DNA from: a bacterium
GTDB taxonomy: Bacteria > CLD3 > SB21
Assembly (NCBI GenBank): GCA_013360215.1
Contig: JABWCP010000004.1
Coordinates: 1-64,000, forward strand
Length of the DNA stretch: 64,000 bases
Direction: 5' to 3'
This document shows positions 48,859 to 59,148 of the stretch, one piece after another. Each line of letters starts with the position of its first letter. Position 1 is the stretch's first letter. Made by a program: the position numbers and the translations under genes. A model generated the notes under the pieces. That model had not been told where the DNA came from and searched no databases. It saw only the letters and a list, made by a program, of their open reading frames with translations.

Positions 48859-51342
48859 CTATTTTGAAAAAGCTGAAGGGAACATCTCATTATTCATGTT
48901 AATGAGTTGTTTAAGAGCGCTATTTGGAGCCGCTGTATTGTTTCTTAAATCCCAAATATCTTTCGCCAATAATTGACGAGCTGTGCCAGCAAAATTTCCT
49001 CGAATAGTGGGTATCATTTGATGTTCTCGATTTGAAATCGCGATTGCTGGAGCAATCTTCCCATTATAACCAGGAATTGCTTGTAATGCAGGATGTGATT
49101 GCACAACATGATGAATCTGCAGTTGATCACCTGTTACTGATACGGCACGCAAAACGTTTGCCGGACCGACATCATACTTCGACACAGCCTTTAAAGTGTT
49201 TGATGCGGCTGTCCCAGATACAAATGGTATTAAAGCAGCAGCATGAGACAGTTTTAATCCGTTTTGGGCGATATCTTGAGCGGTATAAAAATAATCTGCA
49301 GGCTCAAACACGATCGGAGCGGCAACCTTAAGAGCGTCCACACCATGACGACTTGGATCGAACATCGCCGCAAAAATATGGTGAAAGCCCATGTCAACCA
49401 TGAAATTTGCAACCGACCGCCCAACGTCTTTAACAATTGAAGGTCGTTCAGCATACACCGTTACTTCGGGCATTACAAACTCTGCATTTGTAACGGTATT
49501 GTTGTTATCTACTTGCCAAGGGTCACCATCGGCGCCATCGGGATCAATCCAATTGACGGGGTCATTCCCAACGTAGCAGTACGGCGAATGAAACTCATCT
49601 AGAGGATCAATTTTCATCCATCGACCCAGCTGTGCATCGTATGATCTCCAACCGTATTCATACCAATTCAGCCCAAAATCGTCCGTCAATTCTTTACCGT
49701 TGTACAAAAATTTATTGTCACTCTGTTTGCCAAGCCCCTCAATTCGCATACCGAAGGCGTAGTAGTGGCTTTCCATCAGTATATCCGGTTGCTGATTGGG
49801 CGTCGGCAGCAGATCAGCAAATGAAATTCGCGTATTGCCAAGATGATCTTTGATATCGTATTCATACTGTAGATCGCCGGTTCCGGTTCTTTTGATGCGG
49901 CCGGTTTCCGTAAAAAAGTAGTCCAATGTATAATTCAGATTATTCGATGTATATACGAATCCGCTGACATAGTCAATCGTGGAAGTAACTGTTCCGTTGG
50001 TGTAAACCGTTTTTCTGAGTTTGGCTCCGGTTACTGCATATTTCCACTCGATCCTGTTACTGCTGCTGCCAAACTCCACTTTGGTCGGAAGATTAAGATA
50101 ATTATAAGTGACACTTGTGATATTTTTATTTTTATCCGAGATCATACTCCCATTGGCATCGTATTGATTTTCCGTACCTATACCCATATCCCCATTGGCA
50201 TTGATCGAGTGATCGGCCGTCAATAGCTGACCAAGTTTATCGTATTTGAAAAGATATGAATAATCCGTCGGACTACCTGCAAACTTATAATCGAAAACGA
50301 CTTTGGCGATATTGCCATTGTAGTACGCCGCACCGCCGTAACCTCCGGAAGTGTAATAAATGTCCTCTGTAATATAAGGATCATTGATCTGCTTGAGCCA
50401 ACCTACGGATTCGTATAAATAGTTACGTTTTATCGTTGTGTCTTTAAGTTTTTCATTAGCCATCGAGCCGTCGGGGTTATAGGTGTATGCAGCAAAATAA
50501 TCAGGATCACCGGCATTTCCAATACTTGTCAAACGACCTAACGAATTGTATCGGTACGTCACGACTGTAGCGCTCGGATCAGGAGTTCCCATAGACTGAG
50601 ATGCGGCCATCATCTGAAATGCAACATTTTCCGTCACTGGTGTTAACGCAAATTTTTCGCTGTTATTTGCTCCTGGTTTTGCAGAAACGTCTGCCCCATT
50701 GGAGTTAAATTCGCCGGTCATTACGATATCACCACCTGATTCGTATGTGACATTGGCATCTGAAGATAATGTCGTATTTTCGATAACTAAATGTTCCGCA
50801 TTCACCGGACCGCTCATGATGGCCTGCGCCCCGCCTCCTACGGCTTTGTAAGGATAAATTATTTTTGTAACGTTGCCTGAATAATCGTATTCATAATACG
50901 TTGTGTATGTATAATTATCAAAATCCACGACACGTACACTTTTAGAAGTAAGTCTGCCAAATATATCGTATTCGTATTTCTCTTCTACTTCTTCGGGATC
51001 ATCGGTATCGTTATTGGTTAGTGCTTTAAGCAGTTGACCTTTACTATAAGTTATCGTGCCATCACCATCATAGGTATATTTCTTTCGCCATGTCGTAGGT
51101 GTAGCCGGCCAAAACGGATCGTCGGCATTGGCCTGAGATATGGAAGTCCAATTATAACTATAGTAACCCTCTTCGAGTTTACGGCCATAAATATCATATT
51201 TAAAATAGAGAATATTGTCCGGTGTAGCCGCATCGTAGGCGTACTTGAGGATACGCAGCACGGTTGCGCCGTTTTTGATCGTATCCGCGATGGGCATATT
51301 GCGATAGTCGTAGGCAAAATTATTGGCACCGTCGCTCGTCAT
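48859..51342 (-). CDS. N-terminally truncated RHS-repeat-associated core protein with C-terminal probable HNH/EndoVII-type nuclease toxin
   Basis: YD repeats; DHLGNTR, YNGKE, RSYDAQLGRW..IDP and PYCYVGNDPVNWIDPDG; toxin tip with QIHHVVQ...PAIAI...EH. Rhs-like frame extends only to about 51366. Confidence 0.85.
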   Translation of the reverse strand: MTSDGANNFAYDYRNMPIADTIKNGATVLRILKYAYDAATPDNILYFKYDIYGRKLEEGYYSYNWTSISQANADDPFWPATPTTWRKKYTYDGDGTITYSKGQLLKALTNNDTDDPEEVEEKYEYDIFGRLTSKSVRVVDFDNYTYTTYYEYDYSGNVTKIIYPYKAVGGGAQAIMSGPVNAEHLVIENTTLSSDANVTYESGGDIVMTGEFNSNGADVSAKPGANNSEKFALTPVTENVAFQMMAASQSMGTPDPSATVVTYRYNSLGRLTSIGNAGDPDYFAAYTYNPDGSMANEKLKDTTIKRNYLYESVGWLKQINDPYITEDIYYTSGGYGGAAYYNGNIAKVVFDYKFAGSPTDYSYLFKYDKLGQLLTADHSINANGDMGIGTENQYDANGSMISDKNKNITSVTYNYLNLPTKVEFGSSSNRIEWKYAVTGAKLRKTVYTNGTVTSTIDYVSGFVYTSNNLNYTLDYFFTETGRIKRTGTGDLQYEYDIKDHLGNTRISFADLLPTPNQQPDILMESHYYAFGMRIEGLGKQSDNKFLYNGKELTDDFGLNWYEYGWRSYDAQLGRWMKIDPLDEFHSPYCYVGNDPVNWIDPDGADGDPWQVDNNNTVTNAEFVMPEVTVYAERPSIVKDVGRSVANFMVDMGFHHIFAAMFDPSRHGVDALKVAAPIVFEPADYFYTAQDIAQNGLKLSHAAALIPFVSGTAASNTLKAVSKYDVGPANVLRAVSVTGDQLQIHHVVQSHPALQAIPGYNGKIAPAIAISNREHQMIPTIRGNFAGTARQLLAKDIWDLRNNTAAPNSALKQLINMNNEMFPSAFSK

Positions 51343-51426
51343 ATTGCCATTGGCATCATAAGTAATTTTTTTTCTGAAAAATTGATCGTGTTCTGTAAAA
51401 ACTGAGTTTATGTAGAAAATGAATTA

Positions 51427-52480
51427 CCTGCATTCAACATTTAAGTGCAACACCGGTTAAAGGTTTCTAGAGGCGTGGAAAAAGATAAACATTTTCTCGG
51501 TCTGTTGTTTAACAAGTTTTCGAGTTTTTTGACGTCGCGATGAGAGATGTGGTCGAAGTTGAATTTTTTCGGAAAAACACGTCGGATGAGACCGGCGGTG
51601 TTTTCGACCGTAGCTTTCTCCCAACTGTGAAAAGGTTCAAAGAAAAACGATCTGGTGTTTAAGGCTTTGTTGGTGCGCATGTGCTCAACGTTTTCGGATC
51701 CGTTGTCGTAAGTAATCGTTCGTCGCGCCCTTTTGGGCAGCGACTTTAAAGCCTTGGTAATGGCGCGATGTGTATTCTTGGCTGTTCTTTGACTCATTTT
51801 GGTGATTTTGGTCAGTCTGCTCTTACGCTCAACAAGCACATTAAGTGCGGCACGGCTCTGCCGGGAGACAACCGCATCGGCCTCCCAGTGACCGATTTGT
51901 GAACGCGTGTTAACACTTTGAGGACGCTCGTGAATAGACACACGCGAAGGAATATGCGAGTCTTTATGCGTATGGCGATGTCCTTTGATGCGTCGCTTCT
52001 TGTGGGCCCGAGCCAAGTAAGGCACTAAATTCTCTTGTTTGCGAAGCTCAGGCTCATAGACAAACTGGTAAATGGCTTCATGGCTGATGCGCATGTTGAG
52101 GTGGTCTTTCTTGAGTCGTCCTGCAATCTGTTCCGGCGACCAGCCTTTCTTGAGACGCTGGGTTACATAGTTACGGATATACGCATCTTTAAGGCGTGAC
52201 CGCTGATGAGCCTGGCTCTTGCGCAACGCGGCGCGTCTTTCAGCTGGGTGCGGCGAGTAAGCATCATACAACGGAGCGCCATTTCGCTTGAGCTCCCGTG
52301 AAAGCGTACTCTTATGTCGACGCAATTGAGCCGCTATATCACCAAGGCTAATTCCTTTAGCCCGGAGCATCGCAATTTTGTCTCTCTCCTCAGGAGAGAG
52401 ATGACTGTACTTTCTTATTTTCATAACACCCAGGATAGTAATTTCTATCCAAGGTGTTGCACTTAATTATTGAACTCGCG
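51427..52480 (-). mobile_element. IS30-family insertion sequence (1054 bp)
   Basis: 28-bp terminal IRs at 51427-51454 and 52453-52480 (22/28 match); flanked by a TTA duplication. Confidence 0.9.
51441..52424 (-). CDS. IS30 family transposase
   Basis: HLSPEER...RHKSTLSRELKRN, WSPEQIAGR, GHWEAD, TYDNGSE, ENTAG, LNNRPRKCL. Confidence 0.95.
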   Translation of the reverse strand: MKIRKYSHLSPEERDKIAMLRAKGISLGDIAAQLRRHKSTLSRELKRNGAPLYDAYSPHPAERRAALRKSQAHQRSRLKDAYIRNYVTQRLKKGWSPEQIAGRLKKDHLNMRISHEAIYQFVYEPELRKQENLVPYLARAHKKRRIKGHRHTHKDSHIPSRVSIHERPQSVNTRSQIGHWEADAVVSRQSRAALNVLVERKSRLTKITKMSQRTAKNTHRAITKALKSLPKRARRTITYDNGSENVEHMRTNKALNTRSFFFEPFHSWEKATVENTAGLIRRVFPKKFNFDHISHRDVKKLENLLNNRPRKCLSFSTPLETFNRCCT

Positions 52481-52584
52481 TTATGAATTTTCAAACTAAG
52501 GATCGAATTACTTAAAAAATTTTACTTTTTTTGCGTTTGTTCGTTTACATGCGAATTACAATTCTAACTACTTTGATAGATCAC

Positions 52585-52621
52585 AAAAAACCCCCGCACT
52601 TCGCAGTACGGGGGTTTTTTT
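52585..52621. terminator. Bidirectional rho-independent terminator
   Basis: aaaaaacccccg...cgggggtttttt. Confidence 0.8.
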
Positions 52622-52634
52622 AATTAACAAAGCA

Positions 52635-52784
52635 CTACTTTTTGCAGCACTCTTTGGGGGCGCATACTTTTGTGCCGCAGTTTTCTTTATTGGGGCACGA
52701 ACCGCAATTATCCTGACCCATACCGGCAAATACAAAAGACGTGACCATCAAAGCGGCCGCAGCGACAAGCATTAATTTTTTCAT
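52635..52784 (-). CDS. 49-aa exported Cys-rich peptide
   Basis: MKKLMLVAAAALMVTSFVFA signal peptide plus GMGQDNCGSCPNKENCGTKVCAPKECCKK (6 Cys); AGGA RBS. Confidence 0.7.
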   Translation of the reverse strand: MKKLMLVAAAALMVTSFVFAGMGQDNCGSCPNKENCGTKVCAPKECCKK

Positions 52785-52870
52785 ATATAAATTTCCTGTT
52801 TTTTTAAAAATTGATATCATAGCAAATAACATATTTGCTACATACATAATAGTTTTGTGATGTTTATTTT

Positions 52871-53245
52871 TTATGCGTTCGGGATGACAGCGTTCGGAGG
52901 GTGCCAAATGATGCGAAGGATTTCCGGATTATATCCGGATTCCGGTGCAAAAAAAATCTGATGTTGTATCTGTTTTCCGGGTGAAAGGGAAATTGATTCT
53001 ACCGATTCATAGATGCAGCATACCTGACAACTTACAACCGGAGGGCACGCTTCTTTAGGGCAATTTTTTTTGGAATCATGGTGCTGCGATTTGTTGCACG
53101 CACCCGCACTTGATTTACCGCAGCAATTTTTCTTTGTTTGAAAAATCACAGACGATGTCATCGGCACACTAGTCGTCACGACAAACGATAGTGTCAGTAA
53201 TACAACACTTAAAGAATAAAAATTATGTGTGCTCTTATATTTCAT
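52871..53245 (-). CDS. Cys/His-rich protein with N-terminal hydrophobic segment and C-terminal xxPP motif (DUF2946-like)
   Basis: NCCGK, QHHD, SCQVCC and terminal IIWHPP. Confidence 0.6.
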   Translation of the reverse strand: MKYKSTHNFYSLSVVLLTLSFVVTTSVPMTSSVIFQTKKNCCGKSSAGACNKSQHHDSKKNCPKEACPPVVSCQVCCIYESVESISLSPGKQIQHQIFFAPESGYNPEILRIIWHPPNAVIPNA

Positions 53246-53370
53246 ACGTAACCAAAGATTACTCTTCAAATCGCTCAAAAACCATGATCCGGATCAGGAA
53301 ACAGAGATAAAACTAATGTAACTACGAAAAAACAAGGGTTTGGTTTCAATAAATCGTTTTTTATGGTGCG

Positions 53371-54366
53371 TTATATACTTGGTTTTGGTAATCTTTTTTT
53401 CATGACTTTACGCCAGATCGGCGGGATAACGGCTAACCAAAAACAACCGTAATAGCCGGTGGGCAGATTAGGACTTTCCCGATAGGTTCTTAGTTTCCAA
53501 TATTCACGGGATGCGATATAGTGATGATCGGCGTGACGTGTCAATTCGACCAAAGTCCAACGGCTCCACCGATGATTGCTTTGCCAGCTATGCTCGGGTT
53601 GAACCCGCGAACCCACAGGCCTTTGCAATCCCCAATGCCGGATATAGTTCACATACTCCAACAAAAAAACGGCGAAGGCGCTTTGAATCAACCAGGCAAA
53701 CAAAATGTATTTCCCCAATAGGAAATAAACGACGATCCATGAAACGATTTGTACTATTAAAAATAAAAAAACCGGATTGAGCAGCCATGAATTTGCACGA
53801 GGATTCATGATCTTGTAGGCATTTATAAATTGACCCGGAATCGTCCTGATTAAAAAAAACCAAAAATTTTCATCAACTCGGGCTGAAGCCGGGTCTTCTA
53901 TCGTAGCCACGCTTTTGTGATGTCCGCGGACGTGTTCAAAATAAAAATGCATATAGTTGACCGTCCACAAAAGAAAAACACCCGTAACGCGTTGGAACGC
54001 GTATCGGCGATGAATCAATTCGTGTGCGATCACGATCGATGAAATGCCGGAATTCAGACCGGTGGAAATCGAAGCAAGCACTGCAAAATAATTCCACCCG
54101 TCTCTTTGGATCAGAAGCGCCAAACTGAGCAAACAAACGATCTGTAAAACCGCATGCACCATCAAAATGGTATCAAAATAAAACGGCTCGGAATCTTCTA
54201 AATTATTGCTTTCCGACTCCCCCAGTAACCAATCTAACAAAGGATAGATCACCAGTCCGACTACAGCGCCCGACCTCGCAAAGTGACCGCCAAGTGTATT
54301 ACCCGCAATAACACTCAACGGATACAAAAAACTAAAAACATATACCCACCGGTTTTGTGTTTTCAT
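53371..54366 (-). CDS. alkB: Alkane 1-monooxygenase (AlkB)-like membrane di-iron enzyme
   Basis: His boxes HELIH, EHVRGHH, NYIRHWG and HADHH; EDPASAR; PNLPTGY. Confidence 0.85.
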   Translation of the reverse strand: MKTQNRWVYVFSFLYPLSVIAGNTLGGHFARSGAVVGLVIYPLLDWLLGESESNNLEDSEPFYFDTILMVHAVLQIVCLLSLALLIQRDGWNYFAVLASISTGLNSGISSIVIAHELIHRRYAFQRVTGVFLLWTVNYMHFYFEHVRGHHKSVATIEDPASARVDENFWFFLIRTIPGQFINAYKIMNPRANSWLLNPVFLFLIVQIVSWIVVYFLLGKYILFAWLIQSAFAVFLLEYVNYIRHWGLQRPVGSRVQPEHSWQSNHRWSRWTLVELTRHADHHYIASREYWKLRTYRESPNLPTGYYGCFWLAVIPPIWRKVMKKRLPKPSI

Positions 54367-54408
54367 AATAATTATCTTAACGGGCTTTTTTTTTAATATG
54401 CGTGTTGA

Positions 54409-55572
54409 TCAGTACAGAAACATAGGCTTGTGCATGACATTAAAAACTTTCGGACGATAGTTATTCACGTCATAAAGTTCTTTTACATCCACATTGCGTT
54501 TGCCTTGTATGATAGTTTCCGCAGGTACCGTGGTATAGCGCCCATCCTGTAAAGCCGTCATCATGCCAAAGCGATTTTTGGTCAAAAGATCAATCGCCAA
54601 TCCGGCAAAATTCATGGCCACCATACGATCAAGAGCATCCGGTTCACCGCTGCGCATGAGATACGCGAGAGATTGGTAGATCATGTGCTGGCCTGTGATT
54701 TTTTTGATAGCCTCCGCAGTGATTTCGCCGATGCCTCCGAGTTTTTTATGCCCGTATGCGTCTTCTTGACCGTATTCGATGATCTTGCCGCCTTCCATGG
54801 TAGCGCCTTCGGATATGGTCATGATCGCATAATTACTGGGATTGTTTCTTTTATCATTCAAAAGCATTTCCGATAATTTTTCGGGATCAAACGGCACTTC
54901 GGAAATAATGGCCCGATCCGCATTGGCCAGCAGAGCTGAAATCAACGATGTTTCTCCGGAATTACGACCAAATAACTCCACGACTGCTATACGCTCATGT
55001 GAACCGGCCGGCGTCCTGAGCATATTGATAAAGTGTACCGAACGCGTGACAGCGGTAGAAAATCCGATACAGTAATCCGTACCATACACATCATTATCCA
55101 TCGTTTTGGGAATCGCTACGACCGGAAAATCTTCGTTATGCAGACGCACGCTATAACTCAGTGTATCGTCACCGCCTATCGTTACCAACGCGTCAATTTT
55201 TAAATGCTTCAGTACACGAAAAATATGCGGCGTGAAATCAATTTTTGTTTTGGGATCCAGTGTATCATGTTCGGGCTTTTTCAAAAAATCGGGCACGTCA
55301 CTTTTGCTGACTTTGCCGGGATTGGTTCGTGACGTATGTAAAAAGGTACCCCCGCTGCGATCAATCGTGCGTGTATTGATAAGGTCCAGCGGTGTAATCC
55401 ATTTTTTACTGCCTTCCGGATCATCAGGATTGTATCTCAATAATCCACCCCAACCGCTTCGTATTCCGACCACTTCCATACCGGCATGAATCGCATCATA
55501 AACCAGCGCTTTGATACAAGGATTGAGACCCGGCACATCGCCGCCACCCGTCAATACTCCGATCCGCTTCAT
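54409..55572 (-). CDS. pfkA: 6-phosphofructokinase, probably PPi-dependent
   Basis: [23 protein letters not shown]. Confidence 0.92.
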   Translation of the reverse strand: MKRIGVLTGGGDVPGLNPCIKALVYDAIHAGMEVVGIRSGWGGLLRYNPDDPEGSKKWITPLDLINTRTIDRSGGTFLHTSRTNPGKVSKSDVPDFLKKPEHDTLDPKTKIDFTPHIFRVLKHLKIDALVTIGGDDTLSYSVRLHNEDFPVVAIPKTMDNDVYGTDYCIGFSTAVTRSVHFINMLRTPAGSHERIAVVELFGRNSGETSLISALLANADRAIISEVPFDPEKLSEMLLNDKRNNPSNYAIMTISEGATMEGGKIIEYGQEDAYGHKKLGGIGEITAEAIKKITGQHMIYQSLAYLMRSGEPDALDRMVAMNFAGLAIDLLTKNRFGMMTALQDGRYTTVPAETIIQGKRNVDVKELYDVNNYRPKVFNVMHKPMFLY

Positions 55573-55714
55573 AAATACACCTCATTAGGTTATAAAATCA
55601 ATATAAGATGAGGATTCCCGCCACGAAAAGACATGAGAAATGTTGGGAAATATAACTTATGTGCTGTTTAAAAAAAATGGAATTAGGTAAGAATAATCTA
55701 GGATAGGCAAAAAA

Positions 55715-56944
55715 TCAGATATTTTTTTTACCGTCAAAAAATTCCAATTCTGTAGGTTTGGTGTCGTCCCATTTGGAAACACGCATGACGATTTGATCTT
55801 TTTGACGGACGATCGCGTATCCGCGTTGAAGCGTATTTTTGGGGTTGAGTGTTTGTAATTGGCGAGCTAAGGCGGTGATCGTCTGCCCGGAAACGATAAG
55901 TTTGTGGCGCAAAACGCGCATCATGGTTTTTTCAAAATCATCTACTTGCTGACGGTATTGACCGACTAAGTTTTCCGGTTGACGAAAAGCATATCTATTC
56001 TTCAGATTATGCAGCTGTTTTTGATAATCGCTGATTCGTTTTTTTACATTTTGTGATAGCGTGTATTGAAGATTGACGATATAACTTCGCATATCTTCCT
56101 GATCTACCGTTACCATCTCCGCCGCCGCCGAAGGCGTGGCCGCACGATAATCGGCAACATAATCACTGATGGAGATATCTATTTCATGGCCGACGGCGCT
56201 GATCGTCGGTATCGAACAGGCATAAATAGCCCGCGCTGTAGCCTCTTCATTAAAAGCCCATAAATCTTCTAAAGATCCGCCCCCGCGACCTACGATCAAA
56301 ACATCCACGGCTCCGTATTTTTCAAATTCACGAATCGCATGCGCTATTTCCTCGGCCGCCCCTTCGCCTTGTACTTTGACCGGATACAAAATCAATTCGA
56401 TCCACGGCATGCGTCGCCGTGCAACGCTAAGTATATCGCGGATGGCCGCTCCGGTAGGAGAAGTTATGATGCCGACGCGCTGAATATATTTTGGGATAGA
56501 TTTTTTATGCGAGGTATCAAATAATCCTTCGGCATACAGCTTTTGTTTAAGCTTTTCGAAAGCTTCCTGCAGTGCTCCAACGCCCTCTTGTTGGATCTTT
56601 TGAACGGTTATTTGATAGTAGCCGCCTTTTTCATAAACCGCGATATTTCCTCGAGCAATGACCTTTTTCCCGTCCTTCAAAGCATCCGATTGGGATGCCG
56701 ACGAACTTTTCCATATCACGGCTTTGATTTGTGCGCCGGCATCTTTGAGTGTAAAATATACGTGGCCGCTAGAGGCACGGGTCAGATTGGAAATTTCGCC
56801 GGAAACGGTAATCGCGGGGAATGAATCTTCAAGATTGGTTTTTATTAAGCGGGTTATTTCGGTAATAGAATAAACAACAGGCTTCTTTTCCTGTTGCTGA
56901 ACAAGATCGGACGAATTCTCATTTTGACCTGAAAATAGATCCAT
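55715..56944 (-). CDS. xseA: Exodeoxyribonuclease VII large subunit
   Basis: GEISN..RASSGHVYFTLKD, GRGGGSLEDLWAFN, AVGHEID, AATPSAAAE. Confidence 0.97.
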   Translation of the reverse strand: MDLFSGQNENSSDLVQQQEKKPVVYSITEITRLIKTNLEDSFPAITVSGEISNLTRASSGHVYFTLKDAGAQIKAVIWKSSSASQSDALKDGKKVIARGNIAVYEKGGYYQITVQKIQQEGVGALQEAFEKLKQKLYAEGLFDTSHKKSIPKYIQRVGIITSPTGAAIRDILSVARRRMPWIELILYPVKVQGEGAAEEIAHAIREFEKYGAVDVLIVGRGGGSLEDLWAFNEEATARAIYACSIPTISAVGHEIDISISDYVADYRAATPSAAAEMVTVDQEDMRSYIVNLQYTLSQNVKKRISDYQKQLHNLKNRYAFRQPENLVGQYRQQVDDFEKTMMRVLRHKLIVSGQTITALARQLQTLNPKNTLQRGYAIVRQKDQIVMRVSKWDDTKPTELEFFDGKKNI

Positions 56945-56949
56945 TCTGT

Positions 56950-57609
56950 TTATAGCTTCATTACAAAATTGATCCCGCCCTGGAAAAAAGCACCATTTAT
57001 CTTGGAATGGAAAGTACTCTTAAACGGTGTGGCCATAATACCACCGCCGATGAAGGGGGTTAGATACATACCCTCATCAGTCTCTAGTCTATAACTTACA
57101 CGTCCAAACACGCTAAAAAATTTGACATCCGGTCCGGGACGATAATACGGTTCGTCCGTAATATTATAAATTTTAGCGTTGTGCTTTTTAAAAAAATAGT
57201 GACCTCCGACGCCTAATGTCCAAGCAAACCCTTGTTTATATTTTGACAAATAATTATTCATACAAATATGAGCGCCAAAACCATGCACCATTTCCGTTTT
57301 ATTAGTCAATGAGGTATCTAAAACGATATACGGAGATTCAAACTTTACTCGTCTAAATGAATAGCCCGCTTCTAAACTATATGTGCTTTTATTGGATTTG
57401 CCCACGGCTTCCACGACCACACCTGTAATCCCGGAATAAGCTGTGGTAGCGCCAATAAGGTAGGTTGTTTTGCCTTTGTCTTTTTTTGTTTCTTTTTTGG
57501 GTTCCATCCTTTTTGTCGGTTTGCGCCTCACTTGCGCATCGGCCGATAACCCACAAACAGTAAAAAGTACGACGAACATAAACCATCCAATACGTTTTGC
57601 TGAACTCAT
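56950..57609 (-). CDS. Hypothetical exported protein, probable small beta-barrel
   Basis: Signal peptide; amphipathic strands; C-terminal FFQGGINFVMKL. Confidence 0.6.
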   Translation of the reverse strand: MSSAKRIGWFMFVVLFTVCGLSADAQVRRKPTKRMEPKKETKKDKGKTTYLIGATTAYSGITGVVVEAVGKSNKSTYSLEAGYSFRRVKFESPYIVLDTSLTNKTEMVHGFGAHICMNNYLSKYKQGFAWTLGVGGHYFFKKHNAKIYNITDEPYYRPGPDVKFFSVFGRVSYRLETDEGMYLTPFIGGGIMATPFKSTFHSKINGAFFQGGINFVMKL

Positions 57610-58298
57610 TTTTTTTCCAGATTTTTAACTTGAAATCCTCTAGGTGTTTCTTGCTTAAATACATCAGCATTGATCGCTTGGTTTAACCGGAAATCCGAGA
57701 ATTCCCAAATCGTTTTATCCCCATCGGCTTCACTAAGCTCTGCCTGATAGGGTAACCACAAATCATCTCTGACGTAAATAATGATGTTTTCCATTTTGTC
57801 ATAAAACTTGCTCCCGCGCTTGGGAGTAAGCGTCAGTTTGTAAGAACCAAATTTCTTTTGAATTTGTTTTGCGTCAACTTGCACATCAAAATATTTTTCG
57901 AGCATTTCGAGTGAATTACCAAAACCCAACAAGTACTGACTGAAGTTAATTTCATTATCAGACGTCGTTGTAACGGTTTTGTTTTTCCTATTGATAATCC
58001 ATAACGAATTATTGTTTACAATATATTGGTTTTCGGAATCAGAAGACGGATTAAGCGCATATTTTCCAGGTTTTTGGTAATAAAAATCTGCCTTCGTAAC
58101 AATCTCTTTATCCATAAATGATGATTGTTTACGCTGTTTCATTTTAGCCTGAAGAGAGGTTGTCGCTTCATTGGCTGTCCGCATACTCGATATAACTACT
58201 TTTTTTTCTTCATCGCCGGATCCGGCATGCAGCGTGAATGACAAAGAAAAAAGGACGATAATACAAAAACCGATTATTCGTTTTTCTGATTTTCTCAT
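57606..58298 (-). CDS. Outer-membrane lipoprotein carrier LolA-like protein
   Basis: Signal peptide; SLQAKMKQ, FYYQKPGK, LTLTPK, WEFSDFRLNQAINADVF. Confidence 0.75.
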   Translation of the reverse strand: MRKSEKRIIGFCIIVLFSLSFTLHAGSGDEEKKVVISSMRTANEATTSLQAKMKQRKQSSFMDKEIVTKADFYYQKPGKYALNPSSDSENQYIVNNNSLWIINRKNKTVTTTSDNEINFSQYLLGFGNSLEMLEKYFDVQVDAKQIQKKFGSYKLTLTPKRGSKFYDKMENIIIYVRDDLWLPYQAELSEADGDKTIWEFSDFRLNQAINADVFKQETPRGFQVKNLEKK

Positions 58299-58589
58299 AA
58301 ATATCTTTCTTGATCTGATTTTTCCGTTGATGAATTCCGGTGAACCTATGGGAATCCATATCCGCTTTTTGATACACGTAAACGCCATACAAACGTGGTA
58401 TGATAAAAATTTTGGATCATGCAATCAATCATAATCAACAAGCAGGCAACATGCTTATTCAACACGTCTAACCGCACAAAACTGTTCTTAGTAGCTTACA
58501 ACATAAAAACGAATGTAAATAATTTTGCAAATTATGGTATCTACCCCTACATTTCGACGAATCTATTTATGTTAGTAAAGATTATATCC

Positions 58590-59144
58590 ATGTCATTGCG
58601 AAAACTGGCGTACGATGAAATAAAAATGCTCCGATCAACGCCTGAGGAGTTGGCTTCAAAAAAAAGGTTTCCTATATACGGAGTTTTAGAAAACATTCGA
58701 AGCATGTACAATGTAGGCGCGGCATTCCGTACATCGGATGCAGCATGTGTCCAGGAATTAATACTTTGTGGTTATACAGCCCAACCTCCGCGCTCGCAAA
58801 TCGAAAAAACAGCTCTCGGTGCTACAGAAACCGTTCCATGGCGGCATTTTAACAACACCCTCGACAGCATTAGTTATCTAAAAGATCAAGGCATCACTGT
58901 AGTTGCTTTGGAACATTGCGAAGAAAGCAAAAATCTATTTACTACGGAGTTGCCTTTCCCGGTTGCGTTACTTGTGGGCAACGAAGTGGATGGTTTAAAC
59001 GAAGAAACCGTCGCTCGTTGCGATATGGCTTGTGAAATACCTATGTTTGGCTCGAAACAATCCCTCAATGCGGCCGTCGCTTATGGTATCGCTGTATTTG
59101 AGTTGACTAGGAAATACTTGATCTTAAGTGAAAAGAAAGGATAA
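58590..59144 (+). CDS. SpoU/TrmH-family RNA methyltransferase
   Basis: LENIRSMYNVGAAFRTSDA, LVGNEVDG, EIPMFGSKQSLN. Confidence 0.92.
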   Translation: MSLRKLAYDEIKMLRSTPEELASKKRFPIYGVLENIRSMYNVGAAFRTSDAACVQELILCGYTAQPPRSQIEKTALGATETVPWRHFNNTLDSISYLKDQGITVVALEHCEESKNLFTTELPFPVALLVGNEVDGLNEETVARCDMACEIPMFGSKQSLNAAVAYGIAVFELTRKYLILSEKKG

Positions 59145-59148
59145 TTTC

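Noticed and set aside
51366-51427. IS30 as the direct cause of the Rhs truncation
   Set aside because: The IS has intact ends with a TTA duplication, about 60 nt of non-Rhs DNA separates it from the break, and no Rhs sequence continues beyond 52483.
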